Positions 7,544 through 17,398 of a stretch of DNA of 64,000 nt are shown here, piece by piece. The stretch lies in NCBI GenBank assembly GCA_947623225.1, contig CANQGO010000007.1:230-64229 (forward strand), read 5' to 3'. Within the stretch, counting starts at the first letter, position 1. Each line of letters begins with the position of its first letter. A model generated the notes under the pieces. The model searched no databases and was not told where the DNA came from. It saw nothing but the letters and a program-made list of their open reading frames with translations. Source of the stretch: an uncultured Clostridia bacterium. GTDB lineage: Bacteria; Bacillota; Clostridia; Christensenellales; CAG-314. Position numbers and translations under genes: made by a program.

Positions 7544-9133
7544 TCACGCCCAGTATGCGGCCGTCGCCGATATGAGCGAGGCGTAGTCTCTCAGTCCGTT
7601 GTACCCTTCGACTGTGGGAGTATAGCCTTTGCCGTGGATATTGACGCCCAGCGGCGAGTAGTAACTGGCGCAGGTGTAGTACACCGCCCAAGGGTAGTCT
7701 ATGGTATCGCCGTGGATATCCGTCACCTTGCCGGTGAAGGGCAGATCCTGCCAGGTCTGCGCTATGCCCTTGCCGTAGGTGGTAGTGCCCATCTGCACCG
7801 CCGTTTGATAGTCCAGCAGACAGCCCGTCAGCAATTCGCTTGCACTGGCACTGTTTCCATCCGTCCACACCACGATATCGCACTTGTCTGTGGGAGTCGG
7901 GAAGTACGCGTTGTAGTTGCTCGCCTTGTACGTGGGCACACTCATATGCGCAGGCTTGGGCATGTCGAGAGTGGTCACCAGCAGTTCGCCGCTTGCATTG
8001 CTCACGCTCTCCTTCTGCACCTCCGTCAGCTTGGCAGCCGTGATGAGTTGCGCCGCCACGTCGCTCACATAGTTCACATTGCCTCCGGGATTGCCCTTCA
8101 GATCCAGCACGAGGTGCTTCAGTCCGCGCGAAGCGAAGAGTTGCATCACCTCGATGAATTCGCCGGATGCCGACACCGTTTCGCCGTTGGAGTCCACCAC
8201 GTCCATGAATTCCGTTATACGCACATACCCCGTATCCGCAGGCAGTTCGTCCAGGTGCCTCATCTCCTCCGTAGTCGTGCTCGCGCCCAGGGGCTTACGC
8301 AATGCGGTAGATACATTGGTACAGTTCCTGCCGAAGTAGAACTCCACAAAGTGGTAGTTGTAGTTGGGATACAGCTGCATGATCGTTCCGCGAGTCAGCC
8401 GCTCCGCCACCATTGTGTAGCCGGTGGGATCGCTTTCGTCCCTGCGCAGTACGTGAAATGTCGCCGAGTACGTGAGTTCCAGTACGCTTCTTATCTCGTC
8501 GCTCGTGAGTTGGTCGAGGGGTATCTCGCTGTACGTTTTCCCGTTCAGAGTGGGCGCACCGCCCGAGCGGGTACGCGCGTCGTCTATGAGCACCACGAGG
8601 TCCCCTTCCTGCAACCTGCCGTAGGCAGGCGAGTCGGACACCACCGTGGACACCGTCATTCCCACGCCCTGCAGTATGGAGAAGGACACTCCGAATATCT
8701 GATCGCCGCCGCCCACCACCGTCGCGGTAGGATTGCAAAAGTCATAATACGTCTGCGGCGACATCAGTTGACAGAATCTGTCCCCTGCCGTCTGCATGAG
8801 TGCCGTTCCCGAACTTTCTATAGCCTCCGTCCACTCCTCGTCGGATATGTCCTGATAGTAGTTCTCGCGGAGATACTTCATCACTTCGTCCAGTATTTGG
8901 CTCGATTCGTCATCCGAATTGCGCGCCACCGACTGGAAGATATAGCACAGCAGCCACCCCAGCCCGATACATGCCACCAGTATGAAGCAGAGAAGAACGA
9001 TATACAGCGGCTTTTTGCCGGAACTCACCTTGTCCGGTTCGGGTCGCGTGTACCAGTCCGACGGGGGCGTAGGCTTCGCCTGCTCCTCTTTTTGCTTTTG
9101 TTTTTCATATTCGTCGTCGAAAAAGTCTGCCAT
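7544..9133 (-). CDS. S41 family carboxyl-terminal processing protease (CtpA-like), membrane anchored, with PDZ domain
   Basis: LDLKGNPGG, SASASELL and TTYGKG motifs; N-terminal TM; PDZ-like VVSDSPAYG. Confidence 0.9.
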   Translation of the reverse strand: MADFFDDEYEKQKQKEEQAKPTPPSDWYTRPEPDKVSSGKKPLYIVLLCFILVACIGLGWLLCYIFQSVARNSDDESSQILDEVMKYLRENYYQDISDEEWTEAIESSGTALMQTAGDRFCQLMSPQTYYDFCNPTATVVGGGDQIFGVSFSILQGVGMTVSTVVSDSPAYGRLQEGDLVVLIDDARTRSGGAPTLNGKTYSEIPLDQLTSDEIRSVLELTYSATFHVLRRDESDPTGYTMVAERLTRGTIMQLYPNYNYHFVEFYFGRNCTNVSTALRKPLGASTTTEEMRHLDELPADTGYVRITEFMDVVDSNGETVSASGEFIEVMQLFASRGLKHLVLDLKGNPGGNVNYVSDVAAQLITAAKLTEVQKESVSNASGELLVTTLDMPKPAHMSVPTYKASNYNAYFPTPTDKCDIVVWTDGNSASASELLTGCLLDYQTAVQMGTTTYGKGIAQTWQDLPFTGKVTDIHGDTIDYPWAVYYTCASYYSPLGVNIHGKGYTPTVEGYNGLRDYASLISATAAYWA

Positions 9134-9807
9134 TATTCACTCCTTAGTCTGTCGGTGAGCCATTCCAGCCGCTCCGCAGCCTCTCGCGCGCCTTCCGCGT
9201 CTCCCTGATACACCGACACTCCTCCGTCCAGCAGGACGGTATTGCCCCGAGCCTGTCGGCTGTCCGACGTCACAAGTATATGCGACGCTTCGCCGAATAG
9301 CGTCATCGTCCGCTCTATTTCCTCGTCGCTGTCGAAGTAGTCGTCCCACAGCACCCACTTGCGCGGCACCGTCAGCCCTCGTGCCAGCGCGACGCGTTTG
9401 CGTAGGCTTGGGTCAAGGTCTTTCGTCTTTGCCGTCACGTCCACGCCAGTCATCTCGGCACAGCGCAGCGCGATCTCCCTCCGCTCGCGGCGCGGTACCT
9501 TGCGCACCTTCAGCGGATATTCGATATTGTACAATATGCTCTTCCTGTCGAACAAGGCAGGCTTGCCCGGCAAGTAAAGTATATCCAAATCGGCATTTGT
9601 GATACCGCCAAGTTCCCGTCCGTCTACATATATCCCTCCGTCCGTGGCGGTTATATCCTTGACCAGCAGCCGACACAGCGACGTCTTGCCGCTCTGCGTG
9701 TCTATGAGCAGGGTGTTGACGCCCTCATCCAGCGTGAAGCTCAACCCCTTGAACAGTTCGTACTCGTCATATGGATACCGCAGACGCACCTCGCGAAATT
9801 CTATCAT
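9133..9807 (-). CDS. Degenerate ABC-type ATPase-like protein
   Basis: ABC fold cues (SGKTS, LFDRKSILYNIEYPL, RVALARGL), but Walker A is altered and the LSGGQ signature and Walker B Glu are absent. Confidence 0.7.
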   Translation of the reverse strand: MIEFREVRLRYPYDEYELFKGLSFTLDEGVNTLLIDTQSGKTSLCRLLVKDITATDGGIYVDGRELGGITNADLDILYLPGKPALFDRKSILYNIEYPLKVRKVPRRERREIALRCAEMTGVDVTAKTKDLDPSLRKRVALARGLTVPRKWVLWDDYFDSDEEIERTMTLFGEASHILVTSDSRQARGNTVLLDGGVSVYQGDAEGAREAAERLEWLTDRLRSE

Positions 9808-10379
9808 CCTTCCAGCTCGTCCAGCGTCAGCTTGTACGCCCCGATGAAGTTGTCTACAAAGTAGTCCACCTCGGGACTGTTGTAGGCGCGTATCTCTTCG
9901 AGAATGGTCTTTTCCGCTTTGGAAAATTCGGAATTGGACATTTTCACCTCGTCTATGCACTTGATATACGCGCACAGTTTGTCCGCATACTTGACAAAGC
10001 GGTGCTCCACGCTGTCACTGTCCTCTATGATACGCGAATACTCCGTGGCGAGTTCCTCCGGCAGGTGCGTCAACAGCCGCTCGTTGCTGTAACGCTCCAG
10101 TCGCTTGTACGCGTCGCGTATCTCGGGATTGAAATACTTGATGGGCGTTGGCAGGTCCCCCGTCAGCACCTCGCTGGTCTCGTGGAAGAGTGCCTTGACG
10201 GCTATGCTGTCGGCATTCAGGTGCCCGCCGAAGTACACGTTGGATATGGTAGCCAGCGCATGCGCGATGACCGCCACCTGCTGACTGTGCTCCATTATAT
10301 TCTCCATCATATTGGAGTGCATCAGCCCCCAGCGGTTGATATACTTCATTCGGTTAAGATAGGCGAAAAACTTGTACAT
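9804..10379 (-). CDS. yfbR: 5'-deoxynucleotidase (HD family)
   Basis: RMKYINRWGLM, ENIMEHS, HETSEVLTGDLPTPIKY and VKYADKLCAY motifs. Confidence 0.93.
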   Translation of the reverse strand: MYKFFAYLNRMKYINRWGLMHSNMMENIMEHSQQVAVIAHALATISNVYFGGHLNADSIAVKALFHETSEVLTGDLPTPIKYFNPEIRDAYKRLERYSNERLLTHLPEELATEYSRIIEDSDSVEHRFVKYADKLCAYIKCIDEVKMSNSEFSKAEKTILEEIRAYNSPEVDYFVDNFIGAYKLTLDELEG

Positions 10380-10543
10380 ACTCCCTCCGACCGACCTGCT
10401 GTCGGCACCGGACAAGCATATCTCCGCGCTTGCCTCATAGCCAGTTCCGGCAGGTCTCGTATTTTGTACTATTGTACCACATATTTTTGCAAATAACAAC
10501 AAAAAATGCAGCCGCAAGACGCGGCTGCATCACACTATAGGTT

Positions 10544-11419
10544 TTATTTCTGCTCGGCAGGCTCTGCCTGTACCGGCTGCGGTTCGTCCTCGTGGTGCAC
10601 ATACTTGATACACTTGCGCGGACAACCCTCGAGACACTTGTAGCAATGTATACACTTGCTGTAGTCGATGATGGGAACGTTGTTCACAAGGTGTATGGCT
10701 CCGGCAGGACAACTGCGTTCGCACTTGCCACAGGCGATACAGCCCGCTTGGCAACTGTTCATAACGTCCTTGCCGCGGCACTGGGTACTGCACGCGACAT
10801 ATACCTTAGCCGAGGCGGGGATACGCTTGATGAGTTTCTTGGGACAGGTCTGTATGCACAGTCCGCAACTGCGGCACAGATCGGGATCCACATGCGCATA
10901 GCCGTCGGCACACTCTATGGCGTGGTAGGGACACGCGTCCGCGCAACTTCCCGCGCCCATACAGCCCACTTCGCACGCTTTGCGTCCGCCGGCGAGCAGG
11001 TTCTGGCTCACGCAGTCGCCGTACCCTTGATAGTCGTACTTGTCACGGCAGCGCACGCCTCCGTTGCAGCCCACTACGGCTATAGTCGGCTCGGTGTTGC
11101 CCTCTACCGCTATACCGAGTATGTTGCTTATCTCGATACGCTTGTCAGTGGGAGTTTGTCCGCAACTGTCCAGCTTGGCTTTGCCCTCTACCAGTGCCTT
11201 GGCAAATCCCGAACAGCCGGGATATCCGCACGCACCGCAGTTGGCTCCCGCGAGGCAGTGCTCCACTTCCTTGATACGCGGATCTTCCTTGACCTGTGTG
11301 TACTTGTTTATAAGCAGTATCATCACTCCCAGCACGAGGGATACTATGACGACGATGGCTGCCGCGATGGCGATGCCTGCCCAGTTGATGGCTTGACCTA
11401 TAAGATACAATGCTGTCAT
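10544..11419 (-). CDS. rnfB: Rnf complex subunit B
   Basis: TM anchor, GANCGACGYPGC, several CxxCxxCxxxCP Fe-S motifs. Confidence 0.95.
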   Translation of the reverse strand: MTALYLIGQAINWAGIAIAAAIVVIVSLVLGVMILLINKYTQVKEDPRIKEVEHCLAGANCGACGYPGCSGFAKALVEGKAKLDSCGQTPTDKRIEISNILGIAVEGNTEPTIAVVGCNGGVRCRDKYDYQGYGDCVSQNLLAGGRKACEVGCMGAGSCADACPYHAIECADGYAHVDPDLCRSCGLCIQTCPKKLIKRIPASAKVYVACSTQCRGKDVMNSCQAGCIACGKCERSCPAGAIHLVNNVPIIDYSKCIHCYKCLEGCPRKCIKYVHHEDEPQPVQAEPAEQK

Positions 11420-11431
11420 AGCAGATCCTCC

Positions 11432-12073
11432 TTATACCAATGTGAATACATAGAATGCCATTGCCATGAAGCAAGCGGCAAGCATAGTGATGGGGAATCC
11501 CTTCAGTGCCTTGGCTACATGCAGTTTGTCCGCCTTCTGACGGAGTCCCGCGAGCAGCACTATGGCAAGGGTGAAGCCTATTCCGTAGAACAGTCCGCTC
11601 ACCACGGCACTGCCGTAGCTGTAAGCGTACCACATATTCACCCTGTGACCGAAGATGACGTCCACCATGTGGAACGCGCCTTCCGTGTTCTCGGCGACGG
11701 TGCCGATGACCAACTCAGCCACACCCAGTATGGCGCAGTTCGTCGTAACGAGGGGCAGGTAGATACCCATAGCCGAGTACAGACCGGGACTGAACTTCTT
11801 GAGCACCATCTCCAGTATCTGCACCAGCGAGGCGATGACCAGGATGAATACCAATATCTCCAGATACTCCAGCCCGAGCGGTACCAGCAGGTACACGTAC
11901 AACGGATAGCATACGGCACAGGTGATGACCATGACTGCCGTCACGGCGATACCCATTCCCACCGCCGAGTTGACCTTCTTGGACACCCCGAGGAAGGGGC
12001 ATATTCCCAAGAAGCGTGAGAGCACAAAGTTGTCTGCGAACAGCGCAGCGACGATTATAGCGAATATATCCAT
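11432..12073 (-). CDS. rnfA: Rnf complex subunit A
   Basis: FLGICPFLGVSKK and YLPLVTTNCAILG motifs. Confidence 0.95.
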   Translation of the reverse strand: MDIFAIIVAALFADNFVLSRFLGICPFLGVSKKVNSAVGMGIAVTAVMVITCAVCYPLYVYLLVPLGLEYLEILVFILVIASLVQILEMVLKKFSPGLYSAMGIYLPLVTTNCAILGVAELVIGTVAENTEGAFHMVDVIFGHRVNMWYAYSYGSAVVSGLFYGIGFTLAIVLLAGLRQKADKLHVAKALKGFPITMLAACFMAMAFYVFTLV

Positions 12074-12075
12074 GT

Positions 12076-12741
12076 CTATGCCTCCTCAGCAGCCGCTTTG
12101 TTTTCGGCTTCGACAGCCTTGTGAGCCGCTCTGTGTTTGAGTTTGCGCTCTACCGCGTTGTAGCACACGTTGAATATGGCAATGAACAGTGCAAATGTCA
12201 GGAACGCTCCCGCTTGATTGGCGAAGAAGGCTATGGAGAAGCCCTCCCACAGCGTGATACCGAACAGTTTGCCGCTGCCTAGTACCTCGCGTACTATAGC
12301 CATCAGCGTTATGGCGCAGGTGAAGCCCAGCCCCATGAACAGTCCGTCGCACGCGGAGTCCAGCACGGGATTGTGACTGGCGAAACTTTCCGCGCGTCCC
12401 AGAATGATACAGTTGACGACTATCAGCGGCAGGAACAATCCCAGCACGTCATACAGATCGGGCAGGAACGCTTCCATGAACATTCTGACCAGCGTGACGA
12501 ATGTAGCGATGATCACGATGAAGCAGGGTATACGTACCTTGTCCGGTATGATATTGCGCAGCAGCGATATGATGATATTGCTGCAGATGAGTACGAACGT
12601 GACCGCCGCGCCCATGCCGAGACAGCTTATAGCCGCCGTCGTGAGTGCCAGCGTCGGGCAGGTGCCCAGCACAAGACGGAATGTCGGATTCTGACGCACC
12701 GTTCCGTCCAGTGCTATTTCCTTGAATCTTTGTAATTTCAT
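12076..12741 (-). CDS. rnfE: Rnf complex subunit E
   Basis: LGTCPTLA and LPLIVVNCIILGRAE motifs. Confidence 0.95.
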   Translation of the reverse strand: MKLQRFKEIALDGTVRQNPTFRLVLGTCPTLALTTAAISCLGMGAAVTFVLICSNIIISLLRNIIPDKVRIPCFIVIIATFVTLVRMFMEAFLPDLYDVLGLFLPLIVVNCIILGRAESFASHNPVLDSACDGLFMGLGFTCAITLMAIVREVLGSGKLFGITLWEGFSIAFFANQAGAFLTFALFIAIFNVCYNAVERKLKHRAAHKAVEAENKAAAEEA

Positions 12742-12757
12742 ATCAGTTTGCCCTCCT

Positions 12758-14119
12758 TTACGCCGCGGCGGCAATGCACTTGACGTAGTAGTGACATGCC
12801 ATATTCATCGCATGGTTGATAGCCGTGCTGGAATATGTAGTTCCGTTCACTTTGTTGTCTCCCAGTGCTATTTCCGCTTCGCTTGCCTCCGTACCGACAT
12901 ACCAACTGCTCACCGTATCCCAGGCGGAGGTGATATTGTCGATGAAGGATTGTTTCTCGCTGGACAGGATATACCAGCCTTCCACTTTGCCGTCGGTGCC
13001 GATGACCACGTTGATGGTGACGGTGCCGCTCTCGAATCCGCCATTGCCGGTGGCTTCTATGACTACCGCGCCGTCCGCGCCGTTGTACACCTTGTTGACC
13101 GTGCCGTACTTGCTGTCCGAGGCAAGCCCCGCGTCCAACTCGGCTGTTCCGGTGTATTGGAAGCCTTCGTGCATCTTGCCTATCACATACTCGAAGTGGC
13201 TCAGGCTCTTCACCTTGTCCACGACCTCTGCCGTGGCGTTTTCGCTCTTGGCTACAGGCTCCGCAGCCAGCAACTCGTCATGAGTGAGTCCGGACTTGAC
13301 GATGACGATCTGACGGTTCTCGTCGGTGCCGTATACGTACGCCTCGAGTGTGTCGGCGTCCGCCTTGGTGCCTTCGAGATAGAAGGACAGTTTATTCTCA
13401 CCCACCGTGTACGCTTCGTATCCGTCGGAGTCGGTGACGATCGTGAACGTATACCCTTCCGCCAGCGCGCTTACCGCCTTGATGGCTTCGCTCTCCGGCG
13501 TGGTCACCAGTTCCAGTACGCTTATGCAGTACTCGCAAGCCGCCTTGACGGCATTGTTGATCGCCTTACTGGACATGGTGGTATTGGATACCTTGTTGTT
13601 GTCCACCGAGAAGGACTCGGAGGTGTATTCCGTGATGCTCTTGCCGACGTACCAGGTACTTCTGTGCGTGTTGGTTATGTTCGCCAGCAATGTCTCGCCG
13701 TCGGACTCCTTGATGGTCCATGCCTTGATCTTGGCGTCCTTGGAGGAGCCTTCGCCCTCTTCCTTGACCACCAGATACACCGTCACGGTACCCTTGTATC
13801 CGCCACCGCCCTTTGCGGTGAGCACGTACGCGCCGTCCGCCGCCTTCTTGACGTCTACGACGGAGCCGTAGCTGTTGGTGGCGTTGGAACTGTCTAACTT
13901 GAATGTTTCGTTGAATTCTTTGTCTCCCTCGCCGTAGTCGGGATATATCTTGCTCATGGAGTGAGCCAGCTTCTCTTCATCGCTGACATACAGCAAGTCG
14001 TTGCAGAGCGCGAGCAGTATGACGCATACCAGGCATATGATCACCAGTACCGCTACCGCCTTGACAGCGGCTATGAGCGCGGGATTTGCGGGTTTTTTGG
14101 TCTTTTCCATATCACTCAC
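12758..14119 (-). CDS. rnfG: Rnf complex subunit G with two FMN-binding modules
   Basis: Position between rnfD and rnfE; TM anchor; two similar modules (GGYKGTVTV..TTMSSKAI and GGFESGTVTI..TTYSSTAI). Confidence 0.85.
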   Translation of the reverse strand: MSDMEKTKKPANPALIAAVKAVAVLVIICLVCVILLALCNDLLYVSDEEKLAHSMSKIYPDYGEGDKEFNETFKLDSSNATNSYGSVVDVKKAADGAYVLTAKGGGGYKGTVTVYLVVKEEGEGSSKDAKIKAWTIKESDGETLLANITNTHRSTWYVGKSITEYTSESFSVDNNKVSNTTMSSKAINNAVKAACEYCISVLELVTTPESEAIKAVSALAEGYTFTIVTDSDGYEAYTVGENKLSFYLEGTKADADTLEAYVYGTDENRQIVIVKSGLTHDELLAAEPVAKSENATAEVVDKVKSLSHFEYVIGKMHEGFQYTGTAELDAGLASDSKYGTVNKVYNGADGAVVIEATGNGGFESGTVTINVVIGTDGKVEGWYILSSEKQSFIDNITSAWDTVSSWYVGTEASEAEIALGDNKVNGTTYSSTAINHAMNMACHYYVKCIAAAA

Positions 14120-15260
14120 CCTCCTTTGCTGCGGTAGCCTCTTGCGCTGCCTTCTTCACACGCTTTCTCTCCGGCTTGACATAGCCAAAGGGCTTGCGGC
14201 GAATGTACATATCGAACAGGGGCACCAATATATTGCCCAACAGAATGGCAAAGGACACCGCTTCACCCTTGATAGCCTTGCGCAGTACAGCGGTCAGAAT
14301 GCCGAGGAATGCGAAGTATATGTAGTTGCCGAGTTTTGTATTGGGAGTGGTCACATAGTCCGTCGCCATGAATATGGCACCGAGCATGAGTCCGCCGCTC
14401 AGTATACTGGGCAGAAATACCTCCCACGCGTCCACGAACTTGGTCCCAAGCAGAGCGGAGACGAATTTGCCGTTGGCGTTGTAGCAGCCGTCTATCCAGG
14501 CGATCAGTACGGACACAAGTCCCGTAGAGAGTATGTACACCAGCGGCCAGCGGAAGTTCAGAACGCCCCTGACTACAAGGTATATACCGCCCGCTATCAG
14601 CGCGAGTTTGCACGTCTCGCCGATACAGCCCGCAACGCCCGTGCCGAGGAACAGATCCAGATTGGTCAGCGTGCTCGTGGCTTCCGTGGCACCGCCCAGC
14701 AGCACCTGCAGCGGCGTGGCTCCCGCCGTCACCGAACCGTGACTGATGGGAGAAGAAAATTGTTTGATTTCCCCTGCCGGAGTAGCATAGCCCATCGCTC
14801 CGCCGAATGCCGCGCCGAATGCGATGAAGGCAAATATCCTGCCTGCGATGGCGGGGTTGACGATATTTTTGCCCGTTCCGCCGAATAGCATCTTGACTAC
14901 TATGACGGCGAATATGCTGGCGAATATACCTACATACCACTTGGAGGTGGGATACAGGTTCATTCCTATGAGCATGCCCGTCACCAGCGACGTGAAGTCG
15001 AATTCCGCTATTATCTGCTTGAACGGCTTCTTGCAGCACAGCAGATATATCCACTCTGCGGCTACGGAAGTGATACAGCATATGGCGAGATGCGTGAATG
15101 CAAGCAATCCCAGCGTGGGATATGCCGCATTTGCCGTACCCATCAGGATACACCCTGCTATGCATGCCGGCAGCAACGCAATGCAGACGTCTATCATTAT
15201 GCGACGGGTCGTACGCGGAGATTTGATATGCGGAGAACTTGAATATACGTAGTTAGCCAT
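14112..15260 (-). CDS. rnfD: Rnf complex subunit D
   Basis: SSSPHI, FGGTGKNIVNPA, AGATPL, GCIGET and FMATDYVTTP motifs. Confidence 0.95.
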   Translation of the reverse strand: MANYVYSSSPHIKSPRTTRRIMIDVCIALLPACIAGCILMGTANAAYPTLGLLAFTHLAICCITSVAAEWIYLLCCKKPFKQIIAEFDFTSLVTGMLIGMNLYPTSKWYVGIFASIFAVIVVKMLFGGTGKNIVNPAIAGRIFAFIAFGAAFGGAMGYATPAGEIKQFSSPISHGSVTAGATPLQVLLGGATEATSTLTNLDLFLGTGVAGCIGETCKLALIAGGIYLVVRGVLNFRWPLVYILSTGLVSVLIAWIDGCYNANGKFVSALLGTKFVDAWEVFLPSILSGGLMLGAIFMATDYVTTPNTKLGNYIYFAFLGILTAVLRKAIKGEAVSFAILLGNILVPLFDMYIRRKPFGYVKPERKRVKKAAQEATAAKEGE

Positions 15261-15261
15261 A

Positions 15262-16587
15262 TTATTTCTTCTCCTTTGCTTTGATTTTGGTCAGACGCAC
15301 GCTCTGCACTATAGGCCGCTTGGCAGGGCACACATACGCGCACGTGCCGCACTCGAAACAGTTGAGCGCGCCGTACTTGACGGCATTTTCCGTGTCGCCC
15401 ACCGTCGTGTAGAAGTCTATGTACATGGGCATAAGTCTCATCGGGCACACGCTCGCGCAGCGTCCGCAGTTGATACAGGGCGTGGGCAGCACCGTAGAGG
15501 CTTCCTTGTCCGTCAGCGCGAGCAGACCGCTGTCCGTCTTGGTGGTAGCCACGTCCAGGTTGATGAGGCTGTATCCCATCATGGGACCGCCGCTCACCAA
15601 CTTGACGGCGTCGTCCGTGAGTCCGCCGCACAACTCCACTATCTGCGACAGGGGAGTGCCTATGGCAACTTCTATATTCTTGGGATTGCGTATGCCTCTG
15701 CCGCTCACCGTCATCAGCCGCTTGTGCAGCGTCGTGCCGTTGACAACGGCGTCCCATACGGCGTAGGCAGTGCCTACATTGTCCACTATGCAACCTACCG
15801 CGGCAGGCAGTCCGCCTATGGGTACTTCACGACCCACGCAGGCCTTGATGATGGTTTTCTCCGCGCCTTGCGGATACTTCTTCTTGAGCAATACCACCAC
15901 TATGTCGCCCTCTTTACGGCTCTGCAGGGCTTCCTTGGTGTCGGGGATGACTCCGTCCTGAGCCAGCAGCGCGGCGTAGGCTTCGGGCTTGTTGTCCTCT
16001 ATGCCGATATATATGTTGCTCACGTTGATGGCTTTGGCTATCAACCGCACACCGGCGAGGAATTGCTCCGTGCGCTCTATCATCAGGCGATTGTCGCAGT
16101 TGAGATATGGCTCGCACTCGGCGGCATTGATGATGAGCGTGTCTACGGGGTCCTGCGGCTGCAACTTGACCGCCGTGGGAAATCCCGCTCCGCCCATACC
16201 TACTATACCGGCTTCGCGCACGCGCTCCACTATCTGCTCCGGCGTGGGATCGGTCAGGGGCGGCAGGGTGAACTTGTCCTGCTCGCCGTTGGACTTGATA
16301 TGTATGCAGTCCACGGCAACGCCCTGCGCATTCTTGCGCTTGACGATCTCCGCCACTTCACCGCAGACGGGCGAATGGATATTTGCCGAAACGAAGGCGG
16401 ACGCTTCCGCGATCAATTGACCCTCGATCACACGGTCGCCGACGTTCACGACAGGTTGTGCAGGTTTTCCTATGTGCTGGGACAGCGGGACATAGTAGTC
16501 GGTCACGATGGGCATCTGCTCTATCGCGACCGTCGCCGTCAGATCCTTGTTGTCCGGCACATGAAAACCACCTCTGAAAGTTCTCAT
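15262..16587 (-). CDS. rnfC: Rnf complex subunit C
   Basis: QHIGKP, GIVGMGGAGFPT, AECEPYL, GGPMMG and two Fe-S motifs. Confidence 0.96.
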   Translation of the reverse strand: MRTFRGGFHVPDNKDLTATVAIEQMPIVTDYYVPLSQHIGKPAQPVVNVGDRVIEGQLIAEASAFVSANIHSPVCGEVAEIVKRKNAQGVAVDCIHIKSNGEQDKFTLPPLTDPTPEQIVERVREAGIVGMGGAGFPTAVKLQPQDPVDTLIINAAECEPYLNCDNRLMIERTEQFLAGVRLIAKAINVSNIYIGIEDNKPEAYAALLAQDGVIPDTKEALQSRKEGDIVVVLLKKKYPQGAEKTIIKACVGREVPIGGLPAAVGCIVDNVGTAYAVWDAVVNGTTLHKRLMTVSGRGIRNPKNIEVAIGTPLSQIVELCGGLTDDAVKLVSGGPMMGYSLINLDVATTKTDSGLLALTDKEASTVLPTPCINCGRCASVCPMRLMPMYIDFYTTVGDTENAVKYGALNCFECGTCAYVCPAKRPIVQSVRLTKIKAKEKK

Positions 16588-16744
16588 ATACTAAACTACT
16601 CCTTTGATAGGATTTTGCGTGCATTGCGCACCACATTTATACAGTATATCACATAAAAAAATAATTGTAAATAATACGACAAGACAAAAAAAGCACTTTT
16701 TGCCGCGTATGCGTCATTGTACGCTTGCAAAGTGCTTTGTTGTG

Positions 16745-17398
16745 CTACGATCCCACCTGTCCCATCACGGTGATATTGCCGTTTTCTATCAGCAGACCGC
16801 CCTCGTGCCTCATCTTGTATACCGGCATGCCGTGCTCTCTATGCGCTCGCGCCGCACATGCGTCCTGCAATTCGGTGCCCAGATAGTGCACCTCCAGATC
16901 CAGCCCGTTCACCAGTCCCAAGCCGCGCTGCATACTGTACTCGGCATAGTCCTCGTCCGGCGTGATATGGTAGGTGCCCAGTTGCAGCATGGCTCCCGCC
17001 GAAGCCCCCGCGACTATCCCGCCGAAGCGTACTACCGCCTCCGTCAGCCCCATATCCTCCAGCCGCGCTATGGCTCTTTCAGGCATACCTCCCGTGAAGA
17101 AGAGCATCTCGGCGTCAGACAACTGCACAAGGTGATCCTCGTGCGAATAGGGATCCAGCCACTGTAGATCCTTACGCTCGTACCCGTAGGCGAGGAAAGG
17201 TCTCACTATATTCTCGTATTTCTCGCCCCCTTCGCCGTATATGCTCCGCCAGCTGTCCTCGTCCCACGCCTGCGTCGGACGGTAAGCCAGCGGCAGTATG
17301 AGCACGCGCGGACGATCTCTCAGCAGACCCTCCAGGTGCACGCGCGCCCACTCACCGTCGAAGTTGTAATAGTTGAGCAATATATTTGCCTTCGCCAT
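16745..17398 (-). CDS. Peptidase S51/PepE-like (class I glutamine amidotransferase-like fold)
   Basis: FFTGG, GASAGAM nucleophile elbow, GLGLV..EVHY. Confidence 0.8.
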   Translation of the reverse strand: MAKANILLNYYNFDGEWARVHLEGLLRDRPRVLILPLAYRPTQAWDEDSWRSIYGEGGEKYENIVRPFLAYGYERKDLQWLDPYSHEDHLVQLSDAEMLFFTGGMPERAIARLEDMGLTEAVVRFGGIVAGASAGAMLQLGTYHITPDEDYAEYSMQRGLGLVNGLDLEVHYLGTELQDACAARAHREHGMPVYKMRHEGGLLIENGNITVMGQVGS

